Shown: positions 9,428 to 18,972 of the stretch, piece by piece
Layout: each line of letters starts with the position of its first letter
Numbering within the stretch: position 1 is the stretch's first letter
NCBI GenBank assembly: GCA_026414545.1
Contig: JAOAIU010000005.1
Location: 7,657-71,656 of the forward strand
Source of the DNA: Candidatus Saccharicenans sp.
Lineage (GTDB): Bacteria > Acidobacteriota > Aminicenantia > Aminicenantales > Saccharicenantaceae
Length of the DNA: 64,000 bases
Reading direction: 5' to 3'
The notes under the pieces: model-generated
Databases searched by the model: none
Told to the model about the DNA's origin: nothing
Seen by the model: the letters and a program-made list of their open reading frames with translations, nothing else
Made by a program: the position numbers and the translations under genes

Positions 9428-10210
9428 ATGAAAAGCAACATTATCATCCCGGCCGGCGAAATAAAGATAGTGGTTGAACATCTGAATCTTCATTACGGCA
9501 ACAAACAGGTGCTGCAAAACATCAACCTGGCGATACCGGAAAAGAAAGTTACAGCCATCATCGGGCCCTCGGGTTGCGGAAAATCCAGTTTTGTCCGCAT
9601 TCTCAACAGAATGAACGACCTGATCCCGGAAGCCAGGGTTGAAGGTCGGGTACTGATCGACGGGGAGAACATCTACGATAAGGATGTGGACCTGGTTGCC
9701 CTGCGCAAAAAAGTGGGCATGGTCTTCCAGAAACCCAACCCTTTTCCCAAGTCTATCTATGACAACATAGCCTACGGCCTGAAAATAGGAAATCACCGCA
9801 GCCGGGCAGAACTGGAACAGATAGTCGAGCGTAGCCTCCGACAGGCGGCCCTCTGGGATGAAGTCAAGGACCGTCTGCACCAGAACGCCATGAAGCTGTC
9901 CGGCGGCCAGCAACAGCGTCTGTGCATAGCCCGGGCCCTGGCCGTGGAACCGGAGATAATTCTTTTTGACGAGCCCTGTTCGGCCATCGATCCCATCGCC
10001 ACGGCCAGAGTGGAAGAATTGATTCACCAGCTCAAAAAAGATTACACCGTGGTCATAGTCACCCATAACATGCAACAGGCGGCCCGGGTTTCGGATTATA
10101 CTGCCTTCCTCTGGCTGGGCGAACTCATTGAGTATGACCGCACCGAAAAGATCTTTACCAACCCGGCCAACAAGATGACCGAAGATTATATAACCGGGCG
10201 ATTTGGCTGA
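9428..10210 (+). CDS. pstB: Phosphate ABC transporter ATP-binding protein PstB
   Basis: Walker [10 protein letters not shown], signature LSGGQQQRL, Walker [13 protein letters not shown] and H-loop VTHNM are present. ATG 9428 lies 2 nt after the pstA stop with GGAGA upstream. The track start GTG 9413 is also possible. Confidence 0.92.
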   Translation: MKSNIIIPAGEIKIVVEHLNLHYGNKQVLQNINLAIPEKKVTAIIGPSGCGKSSFVRILNRMNDLIPEARVEGRVLIDGENIYDKDVDLVALRKKVGMVFQKPNPFPKSIYDNIAYGLKIGNHRSRAELEQIVERSLRQAALWDEVKDRLHQNAMKLSGGQQQRLCIARALAVEPEIILFDEPCSAIDPIATARVEELIHQLKKDYTVVIVTHNMQQAARVSDYTAFLWLGELIEYDRTEKIFTNPANKMTEDYITGRFG

Positions 10211-10222
10211 GCGGAGGACCGG

Positions 10223-10897
10223 ATGATGGACCGAGTTTTTGACCAGGAACTCAATGAACTTAAAGAAAAGGTGGCCAGGTTGATGACCCTGGTCGGGCAA
10301 ACCTTCAATCTGACCGCCGAGCTTTTGAAACGACAGGATTTATCGCTGGGAGCGGCGATAGCCGAGCTGGAACAGAAATCTGATGAACTGGAAACCGACC
10401 TGCAGAAAAGAGCTTCCGTCCTGATGGCCCGGCACCAGCCAGTGGCCCGGGACCTGCGGCTGTTGCTGGTTTCTATGAATGTGGCCCATGAACTGGAGAG
10501 AATCGCCGACCAGTGTCTGAACATCAGCCAGCGCCTGGAAGAGAGCCGCGCCTGGCTGCCCGTGGCCTGGCCGCCAGAAATCGAAGAAATGGTGTCCCGG
10601 ACCGGCGATATGCTGAGCTCGGCCAACCGCGCCTACCTGGAACACAACGAAGAACTGGCCAGCCAGACCATCGGCCAGGATATTTTCCTAGATGACTTGA
10701 AATCTACCATCACCAACCGATACTTCGATTCAATAAATAAAAGGGCCACAGACCCGGCCCGGGCGGTGCTATTTATCCTGGTCAGCCGGCACCTGGAAAA
10801 AATTGGCGACCTGGCAAAAAATATTGCCGAAGAATCCTATTACCTGATCAGGGGTGAATTCATCAAGCACCTGCGCCTGACCGACATCTACCACTAA
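10223..10897 (+). CDS. phoU: Phosphate signalling modulator PhoU
   Basis: 224 aa with two PhoU repeats carrying ELERIADQ and LEKIGDLA motifs. GGAGG lies 5 nt upstream of the ATG. Confidence 0.9.
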   Translation: MMDRVFDQELNELKEKVARLMTLVGQTFNLTAELLKRQDLSLGAAIAELEQKSDELETDLQKRASVLMARHQPVARDLRLLLVSMNVAHELERIADQCLNISQRLEESRAWLPVAWPPEIEEMVSRTGDMLSSANRAYLEHNEELASQTIGQDIFLDDLKSTITNRYFDSINKRATDPARAVLFILVSRHLEKIGDLAKNIAEESYYLIRGEFIKHLRLTDIYH

Positions 10898-10962
10898 CAC
10901 AGAGGCAGATTAGCGGTAGACAGATACACCCCGAAATAATATAAAATAGGCGGAGGGCAAAG

Positions 10963-11676
10963 ATGGTCAGAACCATTGCTATCCTGGATGATGAAGAAGA
11001 CATCCTGAAACTGGTTCAGACCCATCTTAGCCGGGCCGGTTTCAGAGTGGAAACCTTTTCCAGGCCGGAATCTTTTCTTAGATATATGGACCACAAACAG
11101 CCGGACCTGATTCTTCTGGACCTGATGCTTCCGGGTGCTGACGGGCTGGAGATCTGCCGTCACTTAAAGAGCCGCCCTGAAAAAGCCGCCATTCCCATCA
11201 TCATGCTAACCGCCCGTTCCCAGGAAGCCGACCGGGTCACCGGCCTGGAGATGGGCGCTGACGATTATGTCACCAAACCTTTTTCGCCACGCGAGCTGGA
11301 AGCCAGAATCAAAGCTGTGCTCAGGCGCCAGGAAAAGTTGGCCCCCCTTGACCGGGGGATTAAGAAACTGGCCGGCGGCCAATTAATCATCAACCCGGAA
11401 AAACATGAAGTTTTGATCAAAGGCCAGCCGGTCGAGCTTTCTCTTAGCGAATTCAGGATTCTGGAACTGCTGACTTCCAGACCGGGGCGAGTTTTTACCC
11501 GGGACGAAATACTGGACCATCTCTGGGGCCAGGAGAAAGTGGTCATCCCCAGGACGGTCGATGTCCATATCAGGCATCTAAGAGAAAAGCTGGGGAACCT
11601 GGCCTCACTGATAGAAAGCGTCCGGGGTGTTGGCTATAAATACGAAGACCCCGGGGCTGGCAGCCAGACCCGGTGA
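10963..11676 (+). CDS. phoB: OmpR/PhoB-family response regulator (PhoB-like by context)
   Basis: The receiver domain shows DDEEDI, DLILLDLMLPG and TKPF. The winged-helix output domain shows RTVDVHIRHLREKL and VRGVGYK. It sits directly downstream of phoU. Confidence 0.85.
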   Translation: MVRTIAILDDEEDILKLVQTHLSRAGFRVETFSRPESFLRYMDHKQPDLILLDLMLPGADGLEICRHLKSRPEKAAIPIIMLTARSQEADRVTGLEMGADDYVTKPFSPRELEARIKAVLRRQEKLAPLDRGIKKLAGGQLIINPEKHEVLIKGQPVELSLSEFRILELLTSRPGRVFTRDEILDHLWGQEKVVIPRTVDVHIRHLREKLGNLASLIESVRGVGYKYEDPGAGSQTR

Positions 11677-11728
11677 ACCGCTTCCCCCGGGGTTTGAATC
11701 ATCTCAACCTGCTCTTCTCCCGGTTAGT

Positions 11729-11824
11729 CTACGAGCTTTTCTTTTTGAGAATCCTTAAAAGAAAGTAGACCAGGGCCCCGAAGTTAAGGCCCAATATTAT
11801 TATCATCCAGATGAAGACTTCCAT
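11729..11824 (-). CDS. 31-aa single-TM peptide, candidate MetS-like small subunit of the NSS transporter
   Basis: Not in the ORF track because it is under 60 aa. The ATG at 11824 lies 1 nt after the transporter stop (TGAcATG), with GAGGA 5 nt upstream. Translation: MEVFIWMIIILGLNFGALVYFLLRILKKKSS, one TM helix plus a basic tail. Stop TAG at 11731-11729. Confidence 0.45.
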   Translation of the reverse strand: MEVFIWMIIILGLNFGALVYFLLRILKKKSS

Positions 11825-11825
11825 G

Positions 11826-13286
11826 TCAGTCCTCGTCTTCCACCGGTTTCCGGGTCCAGCGGGCCAGCGTCCTGTTTAACAGCAGAACGATGGCCAGCAG
11901 TATCAACCACTGAAAAAGAATGGTGCCGGCCGAACTGGTCTTGAAGGGATGCCACCAGGTTTTCCTATCCCAGCCGATAGCCTGGTAAAACCACCAGCCA
12001 GTCATCACCAAAAAAATCAGAGGCGAGACGTACTTGATTATAAACGTAAACCAGCGACCGAGTTTGAGATCGGCCCCGACGTTGATTTCCTGGCGGAGCT
12101 TTTCCAGTCCATATCTTCTGGCTGCTAGAATCGTCCAGAAGCCGCTGACCAGCAAAGCCATTCCCCACACCCAGTCCTGGTTAAGAAGAAAAGACGGGAA
12201 GGCGGCCGAGGGCAGACCGAAAAGGAAACAAACCAGAATTATGAAGATAGTGCTTTTCTTCCTAGTCCAGCCAAAATCCATCAGGGCCTTGGCCCCGAGT
12301 TCCACCTCGGCTAGAAGAGAGGTCAGGGCCGCAAACAACATCGCCAGGAAGAAAACCGGGGCGACCAACAGGCCTCCTTTCATTTTGGGAAACAATCCGG
12401 CCAGGGAAATGAAGGTCAGGCCCATGTTATCGGAGAGAGAGGCTCTGGCTATGCCGAGATTTGGAGAAAGGGCAAAAATGGTCGGGATGACGGCCAGGCC
12501 GGCCAGCAGAGCGGCCGAATTATCGCCAAAACCAACCACCAGGCAGTTCTGGGGAATATCATCCCTTTTTTTCGTATACACGGCATAGGTCAGCATCAAG
12601 CCCCAGCCGGCCCCGGTGGACCAGGCTGACTGGGTAAAAGCCTGGAGCCAGGTGGCCGGGTCGCCCAGTTTTGTCCAGTCAGGAACAAACAAATAACGCA
12701 GGCCGAGTCCGGCCCCGGGGAGGGTGACCGCCCGTACGGCCGCCACCACCAGGAACAGGAATAAAGACGGAACCAGTATTTTATTGATTCTCTCCACTCC
12801 TTTCTGAATGCCACGGTAGATGATTAAACCGCACAGTCCAACGGCCAGAGCTTGATAAAATATGTTCTGCCAGCGGTTGTGCAGGAAGCTATTCCAGAGG
12901 GCGGCGGTGTCCACCCCCTCGCGAAAAGCACCCTGCAGGGCCAACACAAAATACTTGGCACACCAGCCGGTGATTACGGCATAATAAAAAGTTATCAGCA
13001 AGCAGACAGCCACCATCCAGCCGCCCATCCAGGTGAACTTCTCCCCGACGAAGTCGCGAAAGCCGCCGATGGGCCCGAGCCTTGTCCGGCGACCGATAGC
13101 CATCTCCACCATCAGCAGCGGGGCTGACCACAGGAGAAGCGCCAGCAGGTACACCAGTACAAAAACCCCGCCGCCGTACTGGGCAGCCATCCTGGGAAAA
13201 CGCCAGATGTTGCCCGTGCCCACGGCCATGCCTATGGCCGCGGCCACAAATCCCAGCCTGGAAACGAATTGCTCTCTCTGACTCAA
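11826..13286 (-). CDS. Sodium-dependent transporter, neurotransmitter:sodium symporter (NSS/SNF) family
   Basis: 486 aa with a TTG start and GGAGG 5 nt upstream. NSS signature GFVAAAIGMAVGTGNIWRFP is present, with about 11-12 hydrophobic helices. Confidence 0.88.
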   Translation of the reverse strand: MSQREQFVSRLGFVAAAIGMAVGTGNIWRFPRMAAQYGGGVFVLVYLLALLLWSAPLLMVEMAIGRRTRLGPIGGFRDFVGEKFTWMGGWMVAVCLLITFYYAVITGWCAKYFVLALQGAFREGVDTAALWNSFLHNRWQNIFYQALAVGLCGLIIYRGIQKGVERINKILVPSLFLFLVVAAVRAVTLPGAGLGLRYLFVPDWTKLGDPATWLQAFTQSAWSTGAGWGLMLTYAVYTKKRDDIPQNCLVVGFGDNSAALLAGLAVIPTIFALSPNLGIARASLSDNMGLTFISLAGLFPKMKGGLLVAPVFFLAMLFAALTSLLAEVELGAKALMDFGWTRKKSTIFIILVCFLFGLPSAAFPSFLLNQDWVWGMALLVSGFWTILAARRYGLEKLRQEINVGADLKLGRWFTFIIKYVSPLIFLVMTGWWFYQAIGWDRKTWWHPFKTSSAGTILFQWLILLAIVLLLNRTLARWTRKPVEDED

Positions 13287-13327
13287 CGGGACCTCCGAAC
13301 CATATCATTTTGCGGTTCAAAGAGAGC

Positions 13328-13357
13328 ATTATAAAAAAATAGGGAGACAATAAACAA
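13328..13357 (-). promoter_or_regulatory. Candidate sigma70-type promoter for the NSS transporter
   Basis: On the minus strand: TTGTTT (13357-13352), 18 nt spacer, TATAAT (13333-13328). Confidence 0.4.
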
Positions 13358-13373
13358 ACGGATTTTTGAAAAG

Positions 13374-13397
13374 AAAAAAAGCAACCGGTCAGCCGGT
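13374..13397 (-). terminator. Weak candidate terminator after the SH3b/barrel gene
   Basis: Minus-strand ACCGG-cuga-CCGGU hairpin overlaps the stop codon and is followed by UGC and U7 (A-run 13374-13380 on the plus strand). The stem is only 5 bp. Confidence 0.3.
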
Positions 13398-14542
13398 CAG
13401 AAAACCAGTCGCAAGCCCACCCTCAGACTGAACCCGGAAAGATTGACGTCAGCCGGCCTCGGGTCCAGGACTCCTGGCTCGGTAGGCGTGCGCTCGCGGA
13501 CAAAAAGGGCCGGATAATACTGGCCATCCGCTTCTACCACCCAGTAGTAGAGCTTGCCTTTTTCCGTCCTGGCCAGGCCATCGGAGTCTAAGTAATCATT
13601 GTGGCCCTCGAAATTTCTTATTCTGGAATAGCGATAAGCGCCTTCGAGGTAGACCTGGAGCCAGGAAGATACCGGCCACTGAACCCCGGCCGCTTCCGAC
13701 CAACCCACATTCAGGCCGCTGGCCCGCCCTTTCCATTCCAACCAGAGTTCGTCCTGTTCCACCCGGTACAGATAGCTGGCTCGGGTCAGGTTGGTCTCAA
13801 GGCCGGCCCGAATGTAGAAAATATCCGCCGGCTGGTAAAGCAGGGAAACCCGCAGTGAAACGTTCCTGAGACCCGGTCGGGTCAGAAGGCGGTACTGGCT
13901 GCTATCAAGGGAGAAACTGACCGCGGACTCCCTTGCCCCTTGCAGGTAGTCAAAACCCAGACCGAGAAAGAGCTGCCGGCCCAGCGGATAGAAAAAGTCC
14001 AGCCCGTAGCACCAGACCAGATGCAGGCCGTTGAGATCGGCCTTCTTCCCCGTTCCTAACTCGGCCAGGTAATAATCGGCAACTCCCTGAGCCGCCCGGT
14101 TCAGGTCCGCCGGAGACAGGTAAAATCCGCCACCGACCAGGGTAACCAAGTAACCAGGGCGGGCTGGCCTGACCCTCTTCGGCTTAACCTCGACCACCTT
14201 CAGCAGCGGGGTTTCTGGTTGACGAGCAGGAACCACGGCTGCCGGCTTCATGCCAGAGGTTACGACCTCGACCAGGCTTTCATGAACATAGCCGCGAACC
14301 CTGGAACCGTCGGGTTTATCCACGGTCACCAGGTACCAGTCTCCCTCTTTGCCTTCGGCTTCCAGCTCGGTTCCCTCGGCCACCTGCCAGAGCATCTCGC
14401 TACCGATATCAGGTTTCAGGCGGATGTTGGCCTGTTCGCTCACCACCTTCAACCGTATCTTCTGAACCTGGCCTGGGGCTGTTACCGCCAGGAAGCTTAA
14501 GACCATCAGGCAGATAGACAGCATACATGAAAATCTCTTCAT
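13397..14542 (-). CDS. Hypothetical exported protein: N-terminal SH3b-like domain + Pro/Lys linker + C-terminal beta-barrel-like domain
   Basis: The start is taken at MKRFSCMLSICLMVLSFLAVTAPGQ (signal peptide); the track start at 14590 is judged too early. The SH3b-like block is ANIRLKPDIGSEMLWQVAEGTELEAEGKEGDWYLVTV...RGYVHESLV. About 250 aa of alternating aromatic strands end in ...LRVGLRLVF. Confidence 0.5.
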   Translation of the reverse strand: MKRFSCMLSICLMVLSFLAVTAPGQVQKIRLKVVSEQANIRLKPDIGSEMLWQVAEGTELEAEGKEGDWYLVTVDKPDGSRVRGYVHESLVEVVTSGMKPAAVVPARQPETPLLKVVEVKPKRVRPARPGYLVTLVGGGFYLSPADLNRAAQGVADYYLAELGTGKKADLNGLHLVWCYGLDFFYPLGRQLFLGLGFDYLQGARESAVSFSLDSSQYRLLTRPGLRNVSLRVSLLYQPADIFYIRAGLETNLTRASYLYRVEQDELWLEWKGRASGLNVGWSEAAGVQWPVSSWLQVYLEGAYRYSRIRNFEGHNDYLDSDGLARTEKGKLYYWVVEADGQYYPALFVRERTPTEPGVLDPRPADVNLSGFSLRVGLRLVF

Positions 14543-14707
14543 ATTTGATCCCTTAATAAAAAGCTTACTGAACCGGAAGATAAAAAGCAAAAAGTATTTG
14601 ACCGCGGCGAAATAATTGTAGACGGCGGCGACCTGGCCGCAAACAAAAAAGATATTTATGCCGACCCCCTGGCCGGCCTGACTTATTCCCAGAAAGTTTC
14701 TTTTATT

Positions 14708-16021
<1,314 letters not shown>

Positions 16022-16171
16022 TCAGTGAATTTTAACACAGAGCCCGGAACAAATCTAATCCGGCCTTCAATTCTCGCTTCTCATTTCCCGGGCTTTTTAA
16101 TAAAATTAAGGGGGTGAGTCTTTAGACCGCCAGCGAGAATGATGGCTCCAGCCTGAGGAAAGGTTAAAGGC

Positions 16172-16819
16172 ATGGATATTCTGGAAATCATCCTTAAATT
16201 GATTCTGGCCGTGGCTCTGGGAGGACTTGTGGGTATTGAGCGGGAGGCCAGCCAGAAGCCGGCCGGCTTCCGGACCAACATCCTGGTCTGCGTCGGTTCG
16301 GCCATGATGATGAGCCTGGCTGTCGGGCTGGTCCAGGGGTCCAGCGCCACTCCCGATGCTCTGATCCGCATGGCAGCCGGGGTGGTAACCGGCATCGGTT
16401 TCCTGGGCGCCGGGACCATCATCCAGGCCCGGGGCATGGTCATCGGCCTGACCACAGCCACTACCATCTGGGTGGTGGCCGGGCTGGGACTGGTCATCGG
16501 GGCCGGTTATTATCTGCCCGCCCTCATTCTGACTGCTCTGATCATCGCCACCCTGGTGGTCTTCAGAAAGATTGAGGAAGTTTATCTGAAAAAGAACATC
16601 TACCACTATCACCTGAAATACAAAGACGCTCCAGACCTGTTGTCCAGGCTGCGCAAGCTGAGCTTTCACCACGGCGTCAAGCTGGAGAGACTCAGCATCA
16701 AGAAGGAAGGCCCTTTCCTTATCCTGAATTTTTCAACAATTGGCAGTGAGGAGAAAGAACAGGAATTCAACGACGGTTTGATGAACCTGGGGCAGCTGGA
16801 GGAATTCCGGGTTGATTGA
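16172..16819 (+). CDS. mgtC: MgtC/SapB family membrane protein
   Basis: MgtC block GIEREASQKPAGFRTNILVCVGSA, hydrophobic N-half and soluble ACT-like C-half. Confidence 0.8.
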   Translation: MDILEIILKLILAVALGGLVGIEREASQKPAGFRTNILVCVGSAMMMSLAVGLVQGSSATPDALIRMAAGVVTGIGFLGAGTIIQARGMVIGLTTATTIWVVAGLGLVIGAGYYLPALILTALIIATLVVFRKIEEVYLKKNIYHYHLKYKDAPDLLSRLRKLSFHHGVKLERLSIKKEGPFLILNFSTIGSEEKEQEFNDGLMNLGQLEEFRVD

Positions 16820-17417
16820 ACGCCGTTTGCTTCTGGCTACCACCAACCCCGGCAAGGTCCGGGAATTAAGAAAACTGTTGCGGGGGCTGCCGCTCAGGAT
16901 AGAAAGTCTGGAGAGGTACCCAGAATTCGGGAAATACCGGGAGACCGGAAAAACTTTCGAAGAAAACAGCCGGGGAAAGTGCCTTTTTTACAGCCGCCAG
17001 TACCCGGGCCTGGTGCTGGCCGAAGATTCCGGGCTGGAGGTCAAAGCCCTGGGCGGACAGCCGGGCGTTTACTCTGCCCGGTTCTCAGGCCCCGGGGCCA
17101 ACGACCAAAAAAACATCCAGAAATTGCTGAAGCTGCTGGCCGCTGTGCCAGAGAACCAGCGGCAGGCCAGTTTTGTCTGTGTGGCCAGCCTGGGCCACCA
17201 GGGCCGAATCATGAAAATCTTCCGGGGCCGCGTCCGGGGTCTGATACTGTTTGAGCCGGACGGGAAGAATGGTTTTGGCTACGACCCTGTCTTCTATTAC
17301 TCCCCGCTCAGGAAAACATTTGCCCGACTGCGGCCAGAAGAGAAAAACCGTGTCAGCCACCGGGGCCGGGCCCTGGCCAAAGTGCGTCGTTTCCTGGAAA
17401 GCTATTGGCAAGAATAA
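16812..17417 (+). CDS. rdgB: Non-canonical purine NTP pyrophosphatase (RdgB/HAM1 family)
   Basis: LLATTNPGKVRELRKLL, EDSGLEV and NGFGYDPVF blocks are present. The start overlaps the mgtC stop. Confidence 0.85.
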   Translation: MIERRLLLATTNPGKVRELRKLLRGLPLRIESLERYPEFGKYRETGKTFEENSRGKCLFYSRQYPGLVLAEDSGLEVKALGGQPGVYSARFSGPGANDQKNIQKLLKLLAAVPENQRQASFVCVASLGHQGRIMKIFRGRVRGLILFEPDGKNGFGYDPVFYYSPLRKTFARLRPEEKNRVSHRGRALAKVRRFLESYWQE

Positions 17418-17620
17418 ATTGCCTCCGGAAACTCTCTGGGCAACCGTCCTTACATCCATTCCCGCCGGTAAATTTTTGTTAACCTGAAAAACCCCAGGGT
17501 CAAACAGCCTTTACCCGTCTCCCGGTCCAGACTGAGTTTATCTCACTTAATATGAATAGGTTACCAACAGGGCCGGCCTGGCCTGTTTCTGGCATTGTTC
17601 TCCGGTGAAAGGAGGTTTTC

Positions 17621-17929
17621 ATGACCGGAGGTTTTAAAAAACTGCTGGCGCTCAGCCTGATGGTCTTTATCAGCCTGATGGCCATTAATCCGGGCTTTGG
17701 CCAGAACCAGCCCAAGTCCGGGCCGGCCAAAATCAACATCAACACCGCATCCGCAGCCGAACTCCAGAACCTGCCCCGTATCGGGCCTAAAGTAGCCCAG
17801 AGGATCGTGGATTTCCGGACCCAGAACGGACCCTTCAAGAAAATCGAAGATATCATGAAGGTCCGGGGAATCGGAGAAAAAATCTTTGACCAGATCAAAG
17901 ACCTGATCACCGTGGGCGAGGGCAAGTAA
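17621..17929 (+). CDS. comEA: ComEA-family helix-hairpin-helix DNA-binding protein
   Basis: 102 aa with a signal/anchor, then INTASAAELQNLPRIGPKVAQRIVDFR...VRGIGEKIF. AGGAGG RBS. Confidence 0.8.
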   Translation: MTGGFKKLLALSLMVFISLMAINPGFGQNQPKSGPAKININTASAAELQNLPRIGPKVAQRIVDFRTQNGPFKKIEDIMKVRGIGEKIFDQIKDLITVGEGK

Positions 17930-17950
17930 TCCGGACGGCGCTGCAGACAA

Positions 17951-17990
17951 GGGCAGGGGAGTGTCCGCCAGGCCTTTCCTGCCCTTTTTT
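17951..17990 (+). terminator. Rho-independent terminator after comEA
   Basis: GGGCAGG (17951-17957) pairs with CCTGCCC (17978-17984) and is followed by TTTTTT (17985-17990). Confidence 0.6.
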
Positions 17991-18084
17991 ACACCAGCTG
18001 GTCTTTGCCTGTGCCCGGTTCTAAAAAGAGCCGGGAAAAACAAGAAGTGAGGTCACCAGCCGGGTGAAAATCCTGTCCCAGACA

Positions 18085-18972
18085 TCAGGACCGGGGATGG
18101 GCTTTCCGGTAGATTTCCAGAAGCCGGCTGAGGTCCAGATGGGTATATTTCTGGGTGGTAGCCAGGCTCCGGTGCCCCAGTAGCTCCTGGATGGCCCGAA
18201 GATCTGCCCCCCGGCTGAGAAGATGGGAAGCAAAAGAATGCCGCAGCGAGTGAGGGCTGATCTTACGAAATACGGCTATCTGCTTCAATCGGTACTGGAC
18301 CAGGCGCTGCACCGAACGGGCAGTCAACCTCTGGCCGCGGTAATTCAGGAACAGGGCCGGAGACGGCTTGCTTTTAAGGCCCAGCCTGGACCGAAGAGCC
18401 AGGTACTCCCGCAACCATTTTTCCGCCTGGCGGCCGAAAGGCACTATTCTTTCTTTCTTCCCCTTGCCTTTTACCCTGACCAGCCTCTCCCGAAGATGAA
18501 GGTCCTCCAGGTCCAGGCCGGTAAGTTCCGACACCCTGAGCCCGGAAGCATAAAGCAATTCAAGGATGGCCCGGTCCCGGACTTCCAGCGGTTCTTCCCG
18601 GTCCACGGCCCATTCCAGCAACTGAGCTGTTTCTTCCTCGGTCAGAAAGCCGGGGATTTTCTGTTCCTGGCGCGGCGTGGCCAGGGCGCTGGCCGGATTA
18701 TCATCGCGCCAGTTTTTTCTTAAACCGAATTCAAAAAAGGAGCGCATGGCCGCCAGCTTGCGGACGATGGAGCTCTTTTTCAGGCGCCGTTCGTGCAGCT
18801 CAGCCAGAAATCCGCGCAGGGTAAGGGTTTCGGCCGTTCTCCAGGTGTATCCATTCTCTTTAAGGTAAGCGGCCAGCTGGGTCAGGTCACGGCGATAACC
18901 GGCGATGGTATGGGGCGAGGCGTTTTTTTCAAACTTCAGAAAATCGAGAAATTGTTCAATCTCTTTTTTCAT
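18085..18972 (-). CDS. xerC: Tyrosine recombinase XerC/XerD
   Basis: 295 aa with a SAM-like N-domain and catalytic blocks ASGLRVSEL, HSLRHSFASHLL and LLGHRSLATTQKYTH. The housekeeping dprA-topA-xerC context supports the call. Confidence 0.85.
   Translation of the reverse strand: MKKEIEQFLDFLKFEKNASPHTIAGYRRDLTQLAAYLKENGYTWRTAETLTLRGFLAELHERRLKKSSIVRKLAAMRSFFEFGLRKNWRDDNPASALATPRQEQKIPGFLTEEETAQLLEWAVDREEPLEVRDRAILELLYASGLRVSELTGLDLEDLHLRERLVRVKGKGKKERIVPFGRQAEKWLREYLALRSRLGLKSKPSPALFLNYRGQRLTARSVQRLVQYRLKQIAVFRKISPHSLRHSFASHLLSRGADLRAIQELLGHRSLATTQKYTHLDLSRLLEIYRKAHPRS

Noticed and set aside
18085-18972. The tyrosine recombinase as a possible marker of an integrated mobile element.
   Set aside because: It sits in the conserved housekeeping string dprA-topA-xerC and overlaps topA by 17 nt. 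No flanking repeats, tRNA attachment site or phage/plasmid genes are present. It is interpreted as chromosomal XerC/D.
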